Shown: positions 55,656 through 64,000, numbered from the stretch's first letter. The stretch is 64,000 bases of DNA from an uncultured Pelagibacteraceae bacterium (GCA_902565935.1 CACFGT010000004.1:1787-65786); one strand, 5' to 3'. The notes: generated from the sequence alone by a model not told the origin. Made by a program: numbers and translations.

Positions 55656-55995
55656 AAATTTAAAATTAGTAATTAATAACACTCATAAAGATAATTTAGA
55701 TCAAAAGTATTTTTTTGAAAAAGAAGAGTTAAAAATTATTTTAGATTTATACGGTAAAATGGTTTCAAAAGGATCTTGGAAAGATTATGGACTGTCTATT
55801 TCGAGTAAACAGGTTGGATTTAGTGTATTTAAGAATGCAGCTGAAAATGCTTTATATAAAATTTGTAAAAATTTTAAGCCAAAAAATAAAAACTTAAAGT
55901 ACTTAATTATTGACACAAATGGAAAAATTCTAAAAAATTCTTATGATTTAAATAGTTTATTAAAAAATACTAATTGGAAAAAACTTTCAGATTAA
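55648..55995 (+). CDS. conserved small protein, probably DUF2794-like
   Basis: The FFEKEELKIILDLYGKMVSKGSWKDYGL segment resembles my recollection of an alphaproteobacterial DUF often found after yciB. Overlaps yciB by 8 nt. Confidence 0.45.
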   Translation: MNKNLKLVINNTHKDNLDQKYFFEKEELKIILDLYGKMVSKGSWKDYGLSISSKQVGFSVFKNAAENALYKICKNFKPKNKNLKYLIIDTNGKILKNSYDLNSLLKNTNWKKLSD

Positions 55996-55998
55996 AAA

Positions 55999-56763
55999 TT
56001 ATCTTCTTTGACCAAATAATCTCAAAAGCATTATGAATAGGTTTATAAAGTCTAAATACAATGTAAGAGCACCCATTACTGCTTTCTTACCCATCAGTTC
56101 GCCGGTATCACTAGCAACATACATGTTTTTAATTTTTTGAGTATCATACGCAGTTAGACCCACAAAAATTAACACTCCCAAAACGGAAATTACAAAGTAC
56201 ATCATAGAAGATTTCATAAAAATATTTACCAGAGAAGCTATGATAATTCCAATAAGACCCATCATTAAAAAAGAACCAAACTTTGTAAGATCTCTTTTAG
56301 TTGTATAACCGTAAATACTCATTGCTCCAAAAGTAGCTGAACAAATGAAAAAAACTCTTGTCACACTCATGCCTGTGTAAATTAATAAAATTGATGACAA
56401 GGATAAGCCCATTAAAGCTGCAAATATCCAAAATGTAGTTTGTGCTTTTGATGCACTCATTTTATTTATTCCAAAGCTCATGTAAAAAACTATTCCAAGG
56501 GGAGCTAGCATTACAATCCATTTTAGTCCTGACATATAAATTGCATTACCTATCTCTGTTAAACCAATAATAGCTCCAGCTTCATTGGTAACAACTGACA
56601 TTTTGAAAGTCAGCAAAGCAATTATACCTGTAAGCAAAATTCCAGTTGCCATATAATTATAAACTTTTAGCATGTAAGCTCTAAGTCCCTCATCTGTTAC
56701 AACTGCAGATTCTTGAGCTGCTGCTTTAGCTCTTGCTAAAATTCCTTTTTTATCAAATTCCAT
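55999..56763 (-). CDS. BAX inhibitor-1 / YccA family membrane protein
   Basis: Seven TM helices and the C-terminal motif YLDFINLFIMLLRLFG. 254 aa. Confidence 0.85.
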   Translation of the reverse strand: MEFDKKGILARAKAAAQESAVVTDEGLRAYMLKVYNYMATGILLTGIIALLTFKMSVVTNEAGAIIGLTEIGNAIYMSGLKWIVMLAPLGIVFYMSFGINKMSASKAQTTFWIFAALMGLSLSSILLIYTGMSVTRVFFICSATFGAMSIYGYTTKRDLTKFGSFLMMGLIGIIIASLVNIFMKSSMMYFVISVLGVLIFVGLTAYDTQKIKNMYVASDTGELMGKKAVMGALTLYLDFINLFIMLLRLFGQRR

Positions 56764-56843
56764 AATCGAGAAATATATAGTCTTTTACTAATTATTCAAG
56801 ATACCTTAAAAGATTAATAAAAAATTTTAGACATAAAACCATT

Positions 56844-57882
56844 ATGAATTACAAAAAATTAGGCAATACTGATTTAGATGTGAGTACAATTTGTCTCGGT
56901 ACCATGACTTGGGGTGAGCAAAATACTCAAGCAGAGGGATTTGAACAAATGGATTTTGCTTTAGATCAAGGTGTAAATTTTTGGGATACTGCTGAGATTT
57001 ATTCTATACCTCCAAGAGAAGAAACATTTGGGAGCACAGAAAAAATCATAGGTAATTGGTTTGAAAAAACAAAAAAAAAGAGACAAGGTAATTCTTGCCT
57101 CTAAAGTTTGTGGACCAATGAGAGAATATGTTCGAGGTGGTGGAAATCAATTTGGTAAAAAAAATATTACAGAAGCTTTAGAAGGAAGTTTAAAGAGATT
57201 AAAAACCGAATATATTGATTTGTATCAACTTCATTGGCCTGAGAGAAATACAAATTTTTTTGGTAGGTTAGGTTATGAACATAATGACGATACAGAGTGG
57301 ACTAAATTTGAGGATATTTTGGAAAATCTCAAAAAATTTATAGAACAGGGGAAAATTAGATATATTGGGTTATCTAATGAAACGCCTTGGGGGCTTTCTA
57401 AATTTCTAAATATATCAAAAAAAGAAAACCTTCCAAGAATGCTTTCAGTTCAAAACCCATATAACCTTTTAAATAGAACTTATGAAATTGGTCTAGCAGA
57501 AATATCTGTGAGAGAGCAAGCTGGATTACTTGCTTATTCCCCATTAGCATGTGGATATCTCTCTGGAAAGTATAGAAATAATCAGTTACCAAAAAAGTCT
57601 AGGATAGCCCTTCATAAAGATTTTTGGACTCGATATAACAAGCCCAATTCAGAAAAAGCAATTGATGCGTATTATAAAATAGCGCAGAAATATAAATTAG
57701 ATTTGGCACAAATGTCCTTAAAATTTTTAGAAATTCAACCTTTTGTAACTTCTGTCATTATTGGTGCAACCACAATGGAGCAGTTGAAAACTAACATAGA
57801 AAGTGTAAATATAAATTTGTCTGATGAAATAATTAATGAAATTAATGAAATACAAAAAATTTATCCAAATCCATGTCCATAA
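56844..57882 (+). pseudogene. NADP-dependent aldo/keto reductase (Tas-like), reading frame broken in an A9 tract
   Basis: ORF 56844-57104 encodes the AKR N-terminus (LGTMTWGEQN...GVNFWDTAEIY...GNWFEKTKKK). ORF 57061-57882 continues in the +1 frame (RDKVILASKVCGP...DLYQLHWP...). Removing one A from 57071-57079 gives a single protein of about 345 aa. Confidence 0.8.
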
Positions 57883-58385
57883 TTAAAAAAACTTTATTCT
57901 TATCAATCATTTTTTTGATCACATCTTTATCACAGACTGTTGCTTCAGATCTCAAAAAAGTTGGGAAATTTAAGGATTGGGAAGTAATGGTTATGACGGA
58001 GAATTCTGGGAAGGTATGTTTTGCTCAATCTACCCCTGTTTTACAAGCACCAAAAAAAAATAAAAGAGACGCAAGATTATTTGTAACTTTTAGACCTAAT
58101 GAGAAAATTTCTAACGAAATTAGTACTACTGCAGGCTATGAATTTAATAAAAATAATTCTGTTCTAGCAACTTCAGGAAATAATAAGTTTAAGTTTGATA
58201 TTAAACAACAAGGTTTTGCTTGGATGACAAGTAATAAAAAAGAAAAGATTATGGTCAAAATTATGAAAAAGGGTTCGAGAATAATGGTAGCAGGCTATAA
58301 TCAAAAAGGTTCACAAACTATAGACCATTATTCATTATTAGGATTTACAAAAGCATACAACACTGCAAAAAAAGCTTGCAGTTAA
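57873..58385 (+). CDS. invasion-associated locus B (IalB)-like periplasmic protein
   Basis: Signal peptide and the FKDWEVMVMTENSGKVCFAQS pattern. 170 aa, with a C-terminal Cys. Confidence 0.6.
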   Translation: MSIIKKTLFLSIIFLITSLSQTVASDLKKVGKFKDWEVMVMTENSGKVCFAQSTPVLQAPKKNKRDARLFVTFRPNEKISNEISTTAGYEFNKNNSVLATSGNNKFKFDIKQQGFAWMTSNKKEKIMVKIMKKGSRIMVAGYNQKGSQTIDHYSLLGFTKAYNTAKKACS

Positions 58386-58388
58386 TTA

Positions 58389-59579
58389 ATGAAATCAAAA
58401 AAAAGAATTGTTCTAGCTTACTCTGGCGGTTTAGACACATCTATAATACTTAAATGGTTGCAAGAAAATTATAATGCTGAAGTAATTTGTTATACTGCAG
58501 ATATTGGACAAGAAATCGATCGAAAAAAAATTCTATCTAATGCTAAAAAATTTGGAGTAAAAAAAATAATTATAAAAGATTTAAAAAATACTTTTGTAAA
58601 AGATTATGTTTTTCCTATGATTAGAGGTCACGCAGTTTATGAGGGTGTTTATTTATTGGGAACATCAATTGCAAGACCTTTGATAGCAAAAGATCAAATT
58701 AGAATTGCAAAAAAATATAATGCTTATGCAGTATCGCATGGTGCGACTGGAAAAGGAAATGATCAAGTAAGATTTGAGCTCGGTTATCATTATTTTGGAC
58801 CTAAAATCAAAGTGATAGCTCCGTGGAGAATTTGGAAATTAAAATCAAGGACCAATTTAATTAATTATGCAAAAAAATATAAAATAACTATTCCAAAAGA
58901 TAAAAAAGGTGCCTCTCCATTTTCTGTAGATGATAATTTATTTCATACGTCTACTGAAGGAAAATTTTTAGAAAATCCAAAAAATTCTGCGCCTGAATTT
59001 ATTTTTCAAAGAACAGTTTCACCTGAAAAAGCTCCAAATAAGCCCTCTTTTATTTCTATAAAATTTAGAAATGGAGACCCAATTGGAATTAATGGAAAAA
59101 AATTAAGTCCTGCAAAGTTGCTTGAGAAAGTTAATCTGTTAGCTGGAAAAAATGGCATTGGAAGAGTTGATCTCGTCGAAAATAGATTTCTAGGCATAAA
59201 ATCAAGAGGAGTTTATGAAACTCCAGGAGGAACATTACTAATTCAGGCACATAGAGCAATTGAGTCTGTTACTTTAGATAAAGAAACAATGCATAAAAAA
59301 GATAATATAATGTCTCGGTATGCAGAACTTATTTATAATGGCTACTGGTTTTCAAAAGAAAGATTTAAGTTACAAAAAATTATTGATCTTAAAAAGAAAA
59401 AAGTAAATGGTGTTATTAAACTTAAACTTTACAAGGGAAATATAACAATCGAATCAAGAGTTACCAATAGCAAAGCTTATTCGATGAAAAAGGTTTCCTT
59501 CGAGGAAAATAAATCTTTCAATAAATCAAATGTAGAAAAATTCATAAATTTTCACAAAAAAAAGTTGAAAAACTACTAA
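58389..59579 (+). CDS. argG: argininosuccinate synthase
   Basis: AYSGGLDTS N-type ATP pyrophosphatase motif, SHGATGKGNDQVRFE, NRFLGIKSRGVYETPGGT. Confidence 0.95.
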   Translation: MKSKKRIVLAYSGGLDTSIILKWLQENYNAEVICYTADIGQEIDRKKILSNAKKFGVKKIIIKDLKNTFVKDYVFPMIRGHAVYEGVYLLGTSIARPLIAKDQIRIAKKYNAYAVSHGATGKGNDQVRFELGYHYFGPKIKVIAPWRIWKLKSRTNLINYAKKYKITIPKDKKGASPFSVDDNLFHTSTEGKFLENPKNSAPEFIFQRTVSPEKAPNKPSFISIKFRNGDPIGINGKKLSPAKLLEKVNLLAGKNGIGRVDLVENRFLGIKSRGVYETPGGTLLIQAHRAIESVTLDKETMHKKDNIMSRYAELIYNGYWFSKERFKLQKIIDLKKKKVNGVIKLKLYKGNITIESRVTNSKAYSMKKVSFEENKSFNKSNVEKFINFHKKKLKNY

Positions 59580-59636
59580 AAATCTTTGGACAATTTGGGC
59601 ATTGTCAATTCTGAAAAAAAACTTAATTTAATTAAT

Positions 59637-60089
59637 ATGGATGGTTTAAAAAAATGGATGCAAGACTCAGCTAATATACTATTTGATGATAGTAAAAATG
59701 ATCTTAGATCATTACCAAAAGCTGTAAGATTACAAATTTTATTGGTTCTAAGTTTTATTTGGACAACAGTTTTTAGTTTGTATGTTTTCTCATACACTAC
59801 TTTTGCTTTTGGATGGGCTGGAACATATATTGCTCATATCGGACTAATATTTGCCGTTTACATGACATTTAAACAATTTCATAAGGCTGAGGAAAAATCG
59901 AGTAGTGTTTTTAGAACAAAAAATTTTGACCCATTCAAAATTATGGTGATAGTTTTCGTAATCGTTTTTATCTTTGTTTTTTCAAAAGGTATAGAAGTTC
60001 TCACAAACACTAATTCATATACAATTCCATATGATGGACCGTCAAAATCAGTGTTTGAAAAATGGCTACCATTTAGTAAAGATAAATAA
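59637..60089 (+). CDS. hypothetical three-helix membrane protein
   Basis: Hydrophobic segments (LQILLVLSFIWTTVFSLYVF, WAGTYIAHIGLIFAVYM, IMVIVFVIVFIFVF). ATG at 59637, with an alternative TTG at 59586. Its stop overlaps the next start (TAATG). Confidence 0.45.
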   Translation: MDGLKKWMQDSANILFDDSKNDLRSLPKAVRLQILLVLSFIWTTVFSLYVFSYTTFAFGWAGTYIAHIGLIFAVYMTFKQFHKAEEKSSSVFRTKNFDPFKIMVIVFVIVFIFVFSKGIEVLTNTNSYTIPYDGPSKSVFEKWLPFSKDK

Positions 60090-60469
60090 TGGAAAAAATA
60101 GCAAAAAATTTACAGCTTATTTTAATGGTTATTATTTTAATAAGCACAGTGATTGCTGTTGGAATAGAAATTTACAAAATGTTTCAAAATCGATCAGTAA
60201 CTTTAGCCGATTTACTTTTAATGTTTCTTTACTTAGAGGTGCTTGCAATGGTAAGAGTTTTTTGGAATCAACAATCAATCAGTATTACATTGCCACTATT
60301 AATAGCAATTACTGCTCTTGCACGTTTCATTATTCTTCAAGGAAAGGAAATGGATCCAAGTGCATTAGTTTATGAAGCAGTAGCTATAGTTTTAATTGCT
60401 GGTGCAATCGTTATCTTAAGATTAAGACATAGCGATAAACTTGGTCTAAAGAAAAAAAAATCAAAATAA
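60089..60469 (+). CDS. PsiE-like (phosphate-starvation-inducible E family) membrane protein
   Basis: 126 aa with four helices. The LLMFLYLEVLAMVR...LLIAITALARFIIL pattern resembles the PsiE family. Confidence 0.6.
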   Translation: MEKIAKNLQLILMVIILISTVIAVGIEIYKMFQNRSVTLADLLLMFLYLEVLAMVRVFWNQQSISITLPLLIAITALARFIILQGKEMDPSALVYEAVAIVLIAGAIVILRLRHSDKLGLKKKKSK

Positions 60470-60475
60470 TTTATA

Positions 60476-61615
60476 ATGAATTTTGAACCTTCGAGGGCGA
60501 AGGCCTTAAACAAATTAAACGATTTTGTTGAAAATAATCTTTCTGAGTATTCTAAACTTAGAAACTTTGACTTTGGACCAGAAAATAGATCTAACGTTTC
60601 TTGTTTGTCTCCTTACATTACACATGGAGTAATTAGTGAAAAAGAAGTTATTGAAAAATCACTAAATAAATTTTCTTTTTCAAAAAATGAAAAATTTATT
60701 CAAGAAGTTTTATGGCGTACTTACTGGAAAGGTTGGTTAGAATTGAGACCAAACGTATGGTCAGACTATTTAACTGAATTAAATAAAATTAGAGAAGAAT
60801 TCAAAAGTAATCAGAAGTATTTAGATGCAATAGAAGGTAAAACAAATATTGAATGTTTTAATGCATGGACAAATGAACTGAAAGCAAACAATTATTTGCA
60901 TAACCACACAAGAATGTGGTTTGCTAGTATTTGGATTTTTACATTAGAACTACCATGGCAATTGGGCGCTGAATTTTTTATGAGACATCTCTTTGATGGA
61001 GATGCTGCATCAAATACTCTTGGATGGAGATGGGTTGCTGGGGTTCAAACAAGAGGAAAACATTATTTAGCAAGTGAATGGAATATCAAAAAATTCACAA
61101 ATAATAGATTTAATAATATCAAATTAAACGAAAACGCTCCTCCTAAAGTTTCTGAGAAAACCTACTCAATCATTAAACAAGATTTTAATAATCCACAAAA
61201 TATTGAAGATAAAAATCTTTTAATTTTTGAAAATAATCTCTCTTTTGAAATAACTGATTTTCAAAATTATAAATTTAAAAAAGTTTATTTAATTTCGAAT
61301 AAAAATGAAAATAGATCTATTAAACTCAGTGAAAAAGTAGTGAAATTTAAATCCCTTTTAATCGAAAACCAAGAACAAAGATTAAAAGCTAAGTCTATTG
61401 ATTGTGAGGTAATTGACATAAGTGAAATAAAAACCACTGAAGACTGTTATGGTTTGTATCCTACCGTAGGTGAAAACTTGGATTATTTAAATTTAAATAA
61501 TTCAAAAATAGATTTTTTATATAGAAAACTTGATAAGAATTCTTGGCAATATTGTAATAAAGGTTTCTTTAATTTTAAAAATTTTATTCCTAAAATAATT
61601 TCATCATTCATTTAA
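60476..61615 (+). CDS. cryptochrome/photolyase-family FAD-binding-domain protein lacking the usual N-terminal alpha/beta domain
   Basis: Residues 1-200 align to the photolyase helical FAD domain (LSPYITHG, EVLWRTYW, NHTRMWFASIW, FDGDAASNTLGWRWVAG). They are followed by about 170 residues of other sequence. Confidence 0.7.
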   Translation: MNFEPSRAKALNKLNDFVENNLSEYSKLRNFDFGPENRSNVSCLSPYITHGVISEKEVIEKSLNKFSFSKNEKFIQEVLWRTYWKGWLELRPNVWSDYLTELNKIREEFKSNQKYLDAIEGKTNIECFNAWTNELKANNYLHNHTRMWFASIWIFTLELPWQLGAEFFMRHLFDGDAASNTLGWRWVAGVQTRGKHYLASEWNIKKFTNNRFNNIKLNENAPPKVSEKTYSIIKQDFNNPQNIEDKNLLIFENNLSFEITDFQNYKFKKVYLISNKNENRSIKLSEKVVKFKSLLIENQEQRLKAKSIDCEVIDISEIKTTEDCYGLYPTVGENLDYLNLNNSKIDFLYRKLDKNSWQYCNKGFFNFKNFIPKIISSFI

Positions 61616-61833
61616 AACCATCTAAACATTCCAATAATTCCAGCTGTTGCATAAAAGAATTGTAAAAATAGAATTCCTCTATGACCTCCTCTATAAGCCC
61701 AAATTCCAATTAAAATTGCGGATATAAGTAACAAACAAAAACCAAAAAACTCAACTCCTATATTCATTGCAACAAACAACGAATATAATATTGCAGTGAT
61801 AACGCCTGCCCATTCAAATATTTTATTATTCAT
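61612..61833 (-). CDS. 73-aa three-helix membrane protein resembling a single repeat of PnuC-type vitamin transporters
   Basis: IFEWAGVITAILYSLFVAMNIGVEFFGFCLLLISAILIGIWAY....ILFLQFFYATAGIIGMFRWF aligns by eye with the first three-helix bundle of E. coli PnuC (WIEAVGTIAGLL...NYFFGLINVTLFGIIFF...LLLQVFFFAANIYGWYAW). Confidence 0.45.
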   Translation of the reverse strand: MNNKIFEWAGVITAILYSLFVAMNIGVEFFGFCLLLISAILIGIWAYRGGHRGILFLQFFYATAGIIGMFRWF

Positions 61834-61851
61834 AAAATTTTTTCATAAAAT

Positions 61852-62541
61852 TTACCTTGCTAGTTTTATAAAGATATCACCCATGCCAGCATCTAAATTT
61901 TCTAAAGGTGTATTATTTCTAAGTTCACAATATCTACCCGTAACTTGATGACTTTTGACGAAGTCTATTTCATCTTTTCCACAATTTTTTCCATTGTGTA
62001 ATAAGCCTATTACAATTCGATCGTTAATACTATAAACCTCTGATTTATTTATTTTTTCACCATCACAAAAATAATCTTTGTTTACTCTATTGGGAAAATC
62101 TTTTTTAGCGCAGGGATTCTTTATTGTTAAAACATAAAATTCTTTAAAACCATCTTCAAATTGATATTTCATTTTTTGGGCTTCAGAATACTTCATAAGA
62201 TCACATGAACACGGAACACAACACCTATAATAGTTTCCACAAATTTTTTTGTTTGTTTTACTATCTTTAACGAATAAAAATTCTGAGTCGCTGTTAGGAT
62301 CGATCAGAGATCCAGAAACTGCACAATATAATTTATTAAATTCAATAAAGTCTTTATAAGTAATTTTTTTATCTATAATATATTTAAAAAATTTTGGTCC
62401 TGCAGCATTTCTATTTTTATCTGGAAATATTCTCGACCAATCAGTAATTAACTCCTTGTGATAATTTTTTTCTCCAGCAAACAAATTAGACTGAAATAGT
62501 ATTACGAATACAATTAAAGATATATTTAAAATTTTTTTCAC
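61852..62541 (-). CDS. secreted Cys-rich hypothetical protein
   Basis: Signal peptide. The Cys pattern CAVSGSLIDP...CGNYYRCCVPCSCD is reminiscent of YHS/TRASH-type metal-binding ribbons. 4-nt overlap with the upstream gene. Confidence 0.5.
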   Translation of the reverse strand: MKKILNISLIVFVILFQSNLFAGEKNYHKELITDWSRIFPDKNRNAAGPKFFKYIIDKKITYKDFIEFNKLYCAVSGSLIDPNSDSEFLFVKDSKTNKKICGNYYRCCVPCSCDLMKYSEAQKMKYQFEDGFKEFYVLTIKNPCAKKDFPNRVNKDYFCDGEKINKSEVYSINDRIVIGLLHNGKNCGKDEIDFVKSHQVTGRYCELRNNTPLENLDAGMGDIFIKLAR

Positions 62542-63996
62542 TTTTGTTTTACAGTAATTGTTTGGTTTAACTTGTTAATATCAATTAATTCTTTACTTCC
62601 ATTTGTCCATGTAACCTCTACTTTAAAATTTTTTTCATTTTTTCTAATTCCATAATGTGCCACAGGCTCCATTTGACATAAGTAACCAGATCCTGCATCA
62701 ATAGTTTTTGAATGTTTTCTCTGATTAGTTATTAATGTTACTGTGGATCCTCTTGCTGGTGCACCATATTTATTAAGTGGTTTAATTCTTAAATATTTAT
62801 TTTCTTTATTTACTATTGCTTTGTATAAAGTTAATGTCTGTTCTTTACTTTCACCTCGAGATACTAACAATTCTAAAATTCCATCATTATCTATATCTGC
62901 AACTGCTGCTCCAGTTCCATATCCGTTAGCTTCGAGTCCTACTTTAAAATCTATTTGTTCAAATTTTCCATTATCTTTAATTCGAAATAATTTATTTGGT
63001 TCTGCAATATTATTCATGAAAACCTCATCAAATCCATCATTATCAAAATCTGCAGAAATTATTGTTCTTATCCTGGAGGGTTCATCAAAATCTTTACTGC
63101 CTATATCTTTAAATTGATTGTTTTCTAAAACATAAGCCCTATGATAACCAAGCCAATTTCCACTTAAGATATCTAATCTACCACGATAATATAAGTCTGC
63201 TAAAGCAGTACCTCTACCATTTTGAATTACATCATCTACTCTATAATCAAATGCTACATCCTCAAAATTTCCATTATTATTTTTAAAAAGAAAATTTGCT
63301 CCTCTTTCATTTGCTGCAAAAATATCAGCTCTTTTTGTTAGAATATGTCCCGACACCACTGCTCTTCCACCAGTAATATTATTAAGATTTAAGTTCTGAG
63401 CCTTATCTTCTATTATATCATCTTCAATCTCATAAAATCTTGTTGGTCCTCCGTAATTAGCAACATAAATACCGTATTCACCATCTCCTTTTCTATCAAC
63501 ACAAACCACAGATCTTCCCGCTGTTAAGTTAAGATTTTTAATATTTTTTTTCTAATTCAAATAAATCAAAATAATTATTGTTTTTAAAATCTAATAATCT
63601 ATCAGAATATCTTTTAACACCACTGTATGTATCAGTATTTAAAAAATAAATTTCTTCGAAACCATCTTTATCAATATCACAAGCAGCAACTCCTATAGTT
63701 TTTTTTGAAATATCTGAAAAAATTTTTTGTTTATTTAAATCCTTTAGTTTTCCATCCTGAAAACCTAGAGCTAAATTTGAGAAGCCAAAACCTGTAACTA
63801 AAAACTCATAATTACCATCCATATTGAAATCTGTTACAGAAATACCGTAACTAAGCCTTTTCTTATTATTCTCAATAATTTTCGATAAATCCTCAAAAAA
63901 TTCTGCACGAGTATTATTTGAAAGAGTTACAAATAAAAATAAAATTAGATATTTAGAAAAAATTTTTACTTTTTTGATGAACATTTTTTTGAACAA
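62538..63996 (-). pseudogene. secreted FG-GAP/VCBS-repeat protein with a UnbV/ASPIC-like C-terminus, reading frame broken in an A8 tract
   Basis: ORF 63538-63996 carries a signal peptide plus FG-GAP repeats (DFNMDGNYEF, CDIDKDGFEE). ORF 62538-63509 continues with DFDNDGFDEV, ADIDNDGILE and an ASPIC-like tail. Removing one A from the minus-strand A8 run (63544-63551) joins them as ...ELEKNIKNLNLTAGRSVVCVDRKGDG... Confidence 0.75.
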
Positions 63997-64000
63997 TATT

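Noticed and set aside
57069-57080. A AAA AAA AAG looks like the classic dnaX-type -1 programmed ribosomal frameshift heptamer
   Set aside because: The downstream ORF is in the +1 frame relative to the upstream ORF, so a -1 ribosomal slip would not restore the reductase. Only a 1-nt deletion, +1 shift or 2-nt insertion would. Hence the interpretation is sequencing error or transcriptional slippage.
60031-60375. 114-aa plus-strand ORF overlapping the end of the membrane protein gene and most of the PsiE-like gene
   Set aside because: It is an alternate frame of two ORFs that encode coherent transmembrane proteins. Its own translation is not membrane-like and has no motif.

Overview
This window is a gene-dense, very AT-rich fragment (roughly 70% A+T by eye). 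Intergenic spacers are tiny and many start/stop codons overlap. Gene content and order look like a streamlined marine alphaproteobacterium of the SAR11/Pelagibacterales type. That assignment is from memory of the gene order and of the DmdA sequence, not from a search. Almost everything is core metabolism, in long co-directional arrays mostly on the minus strand. In order: the 3' end of nadD, rsfS, ctpA and rppH; the F1 ATP synthase operon (atpHAGDC); priA; a roughly 13-kb TCA block (sdhCDAB, mmsA, mdh, sucCD, sucAB, lpdA); asd; the DMSP demethylation cluster (dmdA, an alpha/beta hydrolase, dmdB-like, dmdC-like); leuCDB; ffh-rpsP-trmD-rplS; dapF-ftsY. Next comes a roughly 12-kb accessory-looking catabolic island holding two tandem FMN 2-hydroxyacid oxidase paralogs, an aminotransferase, an FAD-linked D-2-hydroxyacid oxidase, an NAD 2-hydroxyacid dehydrogenase, a TRAP transporter with a Tat-signal binding protein, an amidase, an EamA exporter and a hydrolase. 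After it: a PagL-like outer-membrane protein, ccmCDEFGH, hspQ, yciB, a BI-1/YccA homolog, a frameshifted aldo-keto reductase, an IalB-like protein and argG. The final 4.5 kb is poorly characterised: two small membrane proteins, a photolyase-like flavoprotein with apparently inverted domain order, a 73-aa three-helix protein resembling one repeat of PnuC, a Cys-rich secreted protein, and a frameshifted FG-GAP/ASPIC protein. I saw no rRNA, tRNA, CRISPR array, transposase, integrase or recognisable defence gene. The items most worth follow-up are: (1) the mini-PnuC-like half-transporter; (2) the domain-inverted photolyase-like protein coupled to membrane proteins; (3) the 2-hydroxyacid / TRAP / amidase island; (4) two genes each broken by one extra A in an A8/A9 tract; (5) near-identical 10-residue repeat tails on S16 and L19; (6) the unassigned hydrolase inside the dmd cluster; (7) two structured spacers that stand out in an otherwise spacer-poor genome. 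All functional calls rest on motif recognition and recalled family knowledge, since no database search was possible.
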